Positions 26,321-32,000 of a DNA stretch of 32,000 nt are shown here, one piece after another. Below the pieces are notes generated by a model that did no database searches, was not told the origin of the DNA, and worked only from the letters and a program-made list of their open reading frames with translations. Position 1 is the stretch's first letter. The number at the start of each line of letters is the position of its first letter. The stretch covers positions 810,001 to 842,000 of the forward strand of contig OY969902.1 in the NCBI GenBank assembly GCA_963704435.1, written 5' to 3'. The position numbers and the translations under genes were made by a program. Source of the stretch: an uncultured archaeon. Lineage in GTDB: Archaea; Micrarchaeota; Micrarchaeia; Micrarchaeales; CABMGC01.

Positions 26321-27372
26321 GTGATCATCCTCCTTATCTCGTCGTCGCCCAGTCCGTAGCTCTTGCCCTTTATTATTATTCTGAGCGTCGAGACCTCTAT
26401 CTCCTTCAGGTACAGGAACGCGATTATCGTGCCGAACGAGAGCACGCTGTGCCTGACCGCCTTGAGAGCGTCGCGGAACAGCTCGTTCATCATCGCGATC
26501 TCGAATATCATGAGGGACCTGCCCTTGCCAGCGGCGTACTCGGCGGCGGCCTGCTTCAGGTCGAACGCGCCAATCGAGACTGCTAGGGCGTCAACGCTCT
26601 TGGAGCTCTCGAACGCCTTGCCCAGCGCGGCTATGCCCACGCTCCCGTTGCGCACAAGGTAGCCCCGGATCTCGGAGAACTCCCTCCCGTGCCTCTTCGC
26701 GTTGAGCAGCATGAGCGCGTTCTTCAGGTCTATCCTTCTGGCGATGAGCTGCGCCGACTCCCTGTTGATCTTCCTGAGCTTCTCGATAGTCGATCCGAGC
26801 TTGGCGTAGTACGCGACGTCTATCGCGCTGTCGACCTCCATCAGGTCCTTCGACTTCCTGTAGGCGTTCAGCGCGGACCTCATCTCCTGCTTGTATGGCG
26901 TCGCGGCCGCGAGCTTCCCTATCGCGCTCTCGATGCTGTTCGTGGCCATCGCCTCCTTGACCCTCGCCGCGCTGACGTACTTCGAGTCTATCAGGTACCG
27001 GGATATGTCATCGAATCCCTTGCCCGTGCCCATGGCGCCTATCATGAACTTCGCATTGCTCATGTCCCACACTCCGACGATGTCGCGCACTATCTCCCTG
27101 TGCGCAGGGGGAGCGACCGCGACCAGCTTGTTCGTCTCCTTTCCCAGGCTCTTGCTCAGCGCGAAGTCTATCAGCTTGTCCATCGACTTCGTGCCCCCGA
27201 ACTCCTCGACGTAGCCCTTGTAGCTGGTCTGGAGGAGCATCGCGCCCATGCTCTCCGTCTCCTTTGCTGCAAGCATGCGCTCTATCGCGTCCCTCGCGAC
27301 CAGCTTGGACTCCATCGCCTTCACTCGGGTGTTGGAGTAGCCATACCTTATAGCGTCGCGGAATCCTGGCAT
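26308..27372 (-). CDS. atpC: A-type ATP synthase subunit C
   Basis: [29 protein letters not shown]...[31 protein letters not shown]. Confidence 0.92.
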   Translation of the reverse strand: MPGFRDAIRYGYSNTRVKAMESKLVARDAIERMLAAKETESMGAMLLQTSYKGYVEEFGGTKSMDKLIDFALSKSLGKETNKLVAVAPPAHREIVRDIVGVWDMSNAKFMIGAMGTGKGFDDISRYLIDSKYVSAARVKEAMATNSIESAIGKLAAATPYKQEMRSALNAYRKSKDLMEVDSAIDVAYYAKLGSTIEKLRKINRESAQLIARRIDLKNALMLLNAKRHGREFSEIRGYLVRNGSVGIAALGKAFESSKSVDALAVSIGAFDLKQAAAEYAAGKGRSLMIFEIAMMNELFRDALKAVRHSVLSFGTIIAFLYLKEIEVSTLRIIIKGKSYGLGDDEIRRMITWFK

Positions 27373-27378
27373 CTGTCG

Positions 27379-28059
27379 TCACTTGCGCTTGCGCTTCGGC
27401 TTGTGTTTCAAGGCCGTCTTCCTGGAAGCATTTTTCGGCACCTTCTTCTTGGCTGCCCCTTTGCCGAATTTCTTCTTCGCGATCCCTCTCTTACCGGTTC
27501 CGAAGACGCCCTTCCTTAGCGCCTCCTTCACAGTGTCGCGGTTCCTGTCGAAGAGGGTGTCCAGCGTAGCGTCTATCTTTATCCTGCCGTCTGCCGCGTA
27601 GATTACGAGCCCGTCCATCTTTCCTTGGCTGTGCCTTATCTTTCCGGCGAATCCCTTCGCGAACTTCGCGTCCCGCTTGTCCATGACGAGCGTGAGACTC
27701 TCCATCGGAGATACCTTCAGCGCCTCCTTTATCGCAGAGTCGAAGAGCCTCCCGTAGCCCTTCTCCTTGACGCGCTTGATGACGCTGCCCCTTATCCGCT
27801 CCACGAGCCCGTCGATCGTCTTCTCCCTGGCCGCGAGCAGGAGGTTACGCTCCTGCATCTCCCTCGACGACCTGTACTCGAGGCTAAGTCTGCCGATCTC
27901 GTCCTTGAGCTCGCGCTCGAACGCCTCGTCCGCGGCATCAGCCCTGGCCTTCGCCTCTTTGACAATGGCCGCGGCCTCTCTCCTGGCCTTGGCCTCGATC
28001 TCATCGGACCTGCGCTTGGCGTCGTCCTGTATCTCCTTCTGCAGTGCATCCAACGGCAT
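27379..28059 (-). CDS. atpE: A-type ATP synthase subunit E
   Basis: Coiled-coil EIQDDAKRRSDEIEAKARREAAAIVKEAKARADAA and the E-subunit C-terminal domain. Position in the operon. Confidence 0.88.
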   Translation of the reverse strand: MPLDALQKEIQDDAKRRSDEIEAKARREAAAIVKEAKARADAADEAFERELKDEIGRLSLEYRSSREMQERNLLLAAREKTIDGLVERIRGSVIKRVKEKGYGRLFDSAIKEALKVSPMESLTLVMDKRDAKFAKGFAGKIRHSQGKMDGLVIYAADGRIKIDATLDTLFDRNRDTVKEALRKGVFGTGKRGIAKKKFGKGAAKKKVPKNASRKTALKHKPKRKRK

Positions 28060-28068
28060 GTACTGACC

Positions 28069-28311
28069 TTATATGCCGATGCCGAATCCCAGCATTATCA
28101 GTATCGCGATGACGAAGGCGAAGATGAGTATCGTCTCAGGGAGCACCAGAAACAGCAGCGCCCTTCCGAACTCCTCTGGCTTCTCCGCGACGAGCCCCAT
28201 TCCCGCGCTGCCTATCGCGGCCTGCGCCATGGCGGTTCCTATCGCCCCTCCGAGAATTGCCAATCCTGCTCCTATCGCTGCAACCGCAGCCTCCATTCCT
28301 AGTGCTACCAT
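28069..28311 (-). CDS. atpK: A-type ATP synthase proteolipid subunit K (c-type)
   Basis: 80 aa single hairpin: AAIGAGLAILGGAIGTAMAQAAIGSAGMGLVAEKPEEFGRALLFLVLPETILIFAFVIAILIML. Confidence 0.95.
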   Translation of the reverse strand: MVALGMEAAVAAIGAGLAILGGAIGTAMAQAAIGSAGMGLVAEKPEEFGRALLFLVLPETILIFAFVIAILIMLGFGIGI

Positions 28312-28316
28312 TCAAA

Positions 28317-30215
28317 TCACTCTTTAGTATAACGCCTCCTATAGCCGAACGGGCTGAACCTCACTCCTCCGCCCTCGTAGAACTTCGAGAAGAACTCGAC
28401 GAAGTTGAGCCTTACCGCCTGCACTGAGCCTTCGAAAATGCCCAGGATCATATTCATGAAATGCAACAATATAAAGATTACCAAGGTCAGGGAGAACGCC
28501 AGTATCCCGCTGCTGAGGGACGGCGTGAACGCCACGTCTATGAGCATGGCCGTCATCACGCTCGCGAGCCCGAATCCCATGAGCCGCGCATAGCTCAGCG
28601 GGTGGGATATGAGGCTCGTCATCTCCGTCGCCTCCATGCCGCTTAGCGCGACGGTGACCCCTGCCGACGCTATCGAAACCGCGGCCGCGACTGTCGCGAC
28701 GCCTGAGCTGAAGACCCCGAAGAACATGCCCGCGACCGCAACGGTGCCCGCGACCAGAAACGCGATGGACGTGACCTTGCTTGCGGCAAGCTTGAGATGG
28801 CCCTTCCTGTACTGGTTGACGAACCCAAACGACAGGCCGAGGACTATCTGCACGATTCCCAAGAGCACCGTGGCCGCAAGTATGGTGGTCAGGTCCTTGA
28901 GCCAGTCGAAGCCCGTGAAGCTAGTGAAGTAGTGGTTCAGCGGAAGGCCGAAGTACTGGTTCGAAAGGAAGCCGAATAGGATTACGGATATGGAGCACAT
29001 CTGCCATATCTTCGCGGTGTTGCAGACCAGGTCGTCGGGATTGGTTATCCTCGTGACCAGCGTGGCGAGCAGCAGGGACATTAGGCCGTAACCGACGTCG
29101 GATATCATAAGGCCGTAGAAGATGGGGAACGTGATTATGAATATCCAGGTCGGGTCGATCTCGTCGCTCCTTGGCACGTTCACGAAACTTACCAGGAAGT
29201 CGAACGGCTTCAGGAACCCCGGCCTCCTGACGAGCGTGGGCGCGAGCTCGTCCGTCTCCAGCGCATCCAGCGCGAACTTGCCCCTGACGACCCTATTGAG
29301 GTCTTCGCGGAGCACGCCGAGGTTCTTCTTCACGATCCAGCCCTCCACTATGAAGGTCGAATCCGTCTTCTTGAAGTTCGCGCTCACGCCTGCCCTATCG
29401 GACTCGACGGAGAGCATCTCGACCATGCTGGCTATCTCCAGATAGCTCTTAGCGGCGTGCCCGTCGAGCCTGCAGCCGATTCCGGCCTTCTCCTCGGTAA
29501 GCTTGCGCTCGCGGGCGCGGAGCCGCCCCAGCACGTCCTCAGCCTTGCCGTCAAGGCTGCCGTTCTCGATGTCTATCTCATATACGCCGCCCAATCCGGT
29601 GATGCCCTCCAACGCATCAGCGGCGGCCCTCCTGTACGCGACGAAGAGCAGGAGACCTTCCTTGGTCTCCTTGCGTATGACCTCGCAGTCGCCTTTTAGC
29701 TTCGCGAGCTCCGCTTCGACTTTCACTGACGCGCCCTTCGCAACGGAGAACGCCCTGAACTCGAGCACTCCGCTTCTGAGCTTCGAGAAGTCTATGCCAG
29801 TGCCCGTGAAGCGCTTCGCGAGCGCGGCCGCCTCCCTGACTCCACCGAGCTCGTTCTCTATCGCGTTCCTCCTCTCCTCGAGCGAGAAGACCTCGTCGAC
29901 CGCTTTCAGGGACCGCGCCTTTGCCACCAGCCGCTCTCCGTCCAGCTGCCTGTGAGACGCGGCGTGGGCCCTGACCCTCTTCTCGTCAAGGTGCTTGTCC
30001 ACGACGGTCCGCAGCCTCTTGTCAAGGTGCCTCTTCAGTATCGCCTCCGCGGACCCATACCTCACGAGCAGCTCAGAGACGGCCGGCACCTCCACAGCCG
30101 CGTCGTCCTGCGCCGGGAGTGCGCTCTTCCTTATGTCGACGACCCCCTTCTTGTGGAGCTCCTTTATGACCTCGTACTTCCGGTTCTTGAGAGCGATTAT
30201 TCTGATCTTCTGCAT
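28317..30215 (-). CDS. atpI: A-type ATP synthase subunit I (a-type membrane subunit)
   Basis: Multi-TM C-terminal half (FPIFYGLMISDVGYGLMSLLLATLV...). Preferred start at 30215 (MQKIRIIALKNRKYEVIKELHKKGVVDI), preceded by GGAGGAG, rather than the track start 30272. Confidence 0.92.
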   Translation of the reverse strand: MQKIRIIALKNRKYEVIKELHKKGVVDIRKSALPAQDDAAVEVPAVSELLVRYGSAEAILKRHLDKRLRTVVDKHLDEKRVRAHAASHRQLDGERLVAKARSLKAVDEVFSLEERRNAIENELGGVREAAALAKRFTGTGIDFSKLRSGVLEFRAFSVAKGASVKVEAELAKLKGDCEVIRKETKEGLLLFVAYRRAAADALEGITGLGGVYEIDIENGSLDGKAEDVLGRLRARERKLTEEKAGIGCRLDGHAAKSYLEIASMVEMLSVESDRAGVSANFKKTDSTFIVEGWIVKKNLGVLREDLNRVVRGKFALDALETDELAPTLVRRPGFLKPFDFLVSFVNVPRSDEIDPTWIFIITFPIFYGLMISDVGYGLMSLLLATLVTRITNPDDLVCNTAKIWQMCSISVILFGFLSNQYFGLPLNHYFTSFTGFDWLKDLTTILAATVLLGIVQIVLGLSFGFVNQYRKGHLKLAASKVTSIAFLVAGTVAVAGMFFGVFSSGVATVAAAVSIASAGVTVALSGMEATEMTSLISHPLSYARLMGFGLASVMTAMLIDVAFTPSLSSGILAFSLTLVIFILLHFMNMILGIFEGSVQAVRLNFVEFFSKFYEGGGVRFSPFGYRRRYTKE

Positions 30216-30234
30216 CTCCTCCGTGCGAAGCAAG

Positions 30235-30558
30235 TCATTCACCAAGAATAAGATCCGCGACCTTGCCAGCAACCCTGCCGAGGGCCTCCTTGCTTGCTTT
30301 CGTGTCCCTGACCTTCGCCGCCTCCTTCTGCGCGTCAGCGAGGGCCTTCCTGTTCTCCGCCTCGAGCCTCTTTATTGCCTCTTCGATCCTCGCGGTCCTC
30401 TGCTCAGTCGTCCTCTTCGCGGCGTTCTCCCCAATCTCCTTCGCCTTTGAGCCCGCCTCATCAATGATCCTCCTGGCCCTGAGGTTCGCCTTCTCCATCA
30501 TGCCCTTCGCGGAAACCTCCGCCGCCTCAACGTTGCTTATCGATTCCATTCCGCCCAT
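30235..30558 (-). CDS. atpH: A-type ATP synthase subunit H-like (peripheral stalk)
   Basis: ~107 aa coiled-coil: AKGMMEKANLRARRIIDEAGSKAKEIGENAAKRTTEQRTARIEEAIKRLEAE. First gene of the H-I-K-E-C-F-A-B-D operon. Confidence 0.75.
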   Translation of the reverse strand: MGGMESISNVEAAEVSAKGMMEKANLRARRIIDEAGSKAKEIGENAAKRTTEQRTARIEEAIKRLEAENRKALADAQKEAAKVRDTKASKEALGRVAGKVADLILGE

Positions 30559-30597
30559 TCTATCCCGTACAAAAAGCGAAGGTAATAGAGAATTGAC

Positions 30598-30606
30598 AAA
30601 TTTATA
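30598..30606 (-). promoter_or_regulatory. TATA-like promoter for the ATP synthase operon
   Basis: Minus strand GGTTATAAATTT about 45 nt upstream of ATG 30558. Confidence 0.5.
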
Positions 30607-30676
30607 ACCTTTTCTTCGTATAGGACAAACCCGTCAAGGAAGGTCCGATGAAGAAGTGGCTGTCCGCCTGGTTTAA

Positions 30677-31858
30677 CTATGGTTTGTGAAGCTCGGATAT
30701 GAGCGTTAGTACGTTGACAAACCGCACTTTGCATGCGCCGACTTCGGCGCTGGCCCCTTCGCCATCTTTGAAGACGACAAATCCTTTCTTGGACCTATAC
30801 GATTCTATGAACTGTCGCATTCCCGCACCGACAGCGCCTTCCGGCGACCTCACTTTGACCTCTATGGGGGTTATCCGATTCCCGTCTTGGACCACGAAAT
30901 CCACTTCTGCCTTGCCTTTGGATTGCCAATACCTGACATTCTTCCCCGCTTTTATCAGTTCGGATAGCACATAATTCTCGAATATCCTGCCATTGAGTTC
31001 CGCACCCATTCGAAAATCATTAGCTACTGCGTTCCTGAGCCCTGTATCTAGGAAGTACAACTTGGGTTGCTTCGTTATCTCCTTGAGCTTGTTCTTGTAA
31101 AAGGGCATGATCCGCACTATGAGATAGCTCTTTTCCATTGCGTCCATGTATTTCTTGACGGACTGGAAGGACAGACCGACGTCCCTGCATACGCTGTTGT
31201 ACTGGATTAGGTTACCGACGTAATGTGACAGGTATGCTGCGAGCCTCTCCAGCGCACCCACGTCCTCTATCCTGAAAGTCCTTGACATATCCTTAAGCAC
31301 CATCGTTTCGTACAGGTTCCTGAGGAGAGCCTCCTTGCTCTGGTTGTCGCTCTCCAGCACGACCTTGGGATAGCCTCCGTATGCGATGTGCTCATCCACG
31401 CTTCGCGACAGCATCTTCCCAGTGGTTTCCGCATACCCTTTTGTGGAAAGGAACTCCTCAAGGGAAAACGGATACATCTTTATGACCGCTACTCTCCCCA
31501 CGAGCCATGAAAGCACATCCTTGCCCAGTATCGTCTCAGAGGAAGACGTTATCCAGAGCCTTTTTCCGACATCGGCCAGATACTTCAGCTTTTGGCCAGG
31601 GTCTTTCCCGTACTGGACTTCGTCAAGGACCGCCAGCCTGCCACCTTGAAGGTACTGGTTCTCGAATTTCTTTATGTCAGAATCGAACATCTCCCTTACG
31701 TCGGGGTCGTCGAAGAAAAGATAGGATGCGCCTGACTTTTCCGAGAGCGCCTTAAGGAACGTCGTCTTTCCAGCCTGCCTTGGGCCCACGACGGCGACTA
31801 TGCCATTGGCCTTTGCCGCGGAGACGAATTCCTTGGTAATGCCTCTTTCGACGTACAT
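30677..31858 (-). CDS. AAA+ ATPase with DUF4143-type C-terminal domain
   Basis: Walker A VVGPRQAGKTTFLKAL, Walker B RLAVLDEVQYG, sensor LWITSSS; C-terminal GRIFENYVLSELIKAGKNVRYWQSKGKAEVDFVVQDGNRITPIEVKV. Start 31858 (MYVERGI) fits the upstream TATA; the track start is 31939. Confidence 0.88.
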   Translation of the reverse strand: MYVERGITKEFVSAAKANGIVAVVGPRQAGKTTFLKALSEKSGASYLFFDDPDVREMFDSDIKKFENQYLQGGRLAVLDEVQYGKDPGQKLKYLADVGKRLWITSSSETILGKDVLSWLVGRVAVIKMYPFSLEEFLSTKGYAETTGKMLSRSVDEHIAYGGYPKVVLESDNQSKEALLRNLYETMVLKDMSRTFRIEDVGALERLAAYLSHYVGNLIQYNSVCRDVGLSFQSVKKYMDAMEKSYLIVRIMPFYKNKLKEITKQPKLYFLDTGLRNAVANDFRMGAELNGRIFENYVLSELIKAGKNVRYWQSKGKAEVDFVVQDGNRITPIEVKVRSPEGAVGAGMRQFIESYRSKKGFVVFKDGEGASAEVGACKVRFVNVLTLISELHKP

Positions 31859-31880
31859 GATGCTTAGTTGCACGCCGTCA

Positions 31881-31887
31881 TTTATAT
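31881..31887 (-). promoter_or_regulatory. TATA box for the AAA/DUF4143 gene
   Basis: Minus strand GACATATAAA, centred about 26 nt upstream of ATG 31858. Confidence 0.55.
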
Positions 31888-31895
31888 GTCTTTCT

Positions 31896-31955
31896 ACTAA
31901 AATTAAACTCAAGTTACAGTTTAGTCCAACTAAAATCAAACTAAAGTTAAATTTC
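31896..31955. repeat. Two imperfect 27-nt direct repeats, 33-nt period, with an internal TTTAGT-CCA-ACTAAA palindrome
   Basis: ACTAAAATTAAACTCAAGTTACAGTTT (31896-31922) vs ACTAAAATCAAACTAAAGTTAAATTTC (31929-31955), 22/27 identical. TTTAGT 31920-31925, ACTAAA 31929-31934. Confidence 0.75.
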
Positions 31956-32000
31956 AGTAAAGGGCAGCGGCATTGCTTGGGCGTGCCGGCCCACAGCAGC

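Noticed and set aside
30677-31858. AAA/DUF4143 gene as a defence or transposon component
   Set aside because: No adjacent nuclease, toxin, integrase or terminal repeats in the window, and such ATPases are common as stand-alone genes in archaea; no defence claim is supportable.

Overview
Archaeal chromosomal window, high GC and densely coding. Supported content, left to right: SPOUT/TrmJ-like RNA methyltransferase; SepF-like cell-division protein; Hel308/Ski2-type helicase; methionyl-tRNA synthetase; an unassigned ORF next to tRNA-Ala(UGC); a 39-aa acidic micro-ORF; two adjacent unassigned genes (a helical soluble protein and a two-TM-anchored protein); a VOC/glyoxalase-fold protein; a ~1950-aa secreted/anchored surface protein with a Cys-rich head and Thr-rich hinge; a GT4-like glycosyltransferase; a type IV pilin-like/LamG protein; a small membrane protein with a (Cys-Gly)6(His-Gly)2 tract; a two-gene 2-oxoacid:ferredoxin oxidoreductase; a Thr-rich surface protein; the full archaeal A-type ATP synthase operon in the order H-I-K-E-C-F-A-B-D; and an AAA ATPase/DUF4143-like gene whose promoter has direct and inverted repeats. 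Many genes have TATA-like boxes about 25-32 nt upstream of the start codon, suggesting leaderless or short-leader transcripts. I found no CRISPR array, transposon or clear defence cassette. Best candidates for undescribed biology are the cell-envelope gene set (6.5-18.4 kb), mainly the Cys-Gly membrane protein and the two-gene hypothetical pair. A DPANN/Micrarchaeota-like host is possible but is an inference only.
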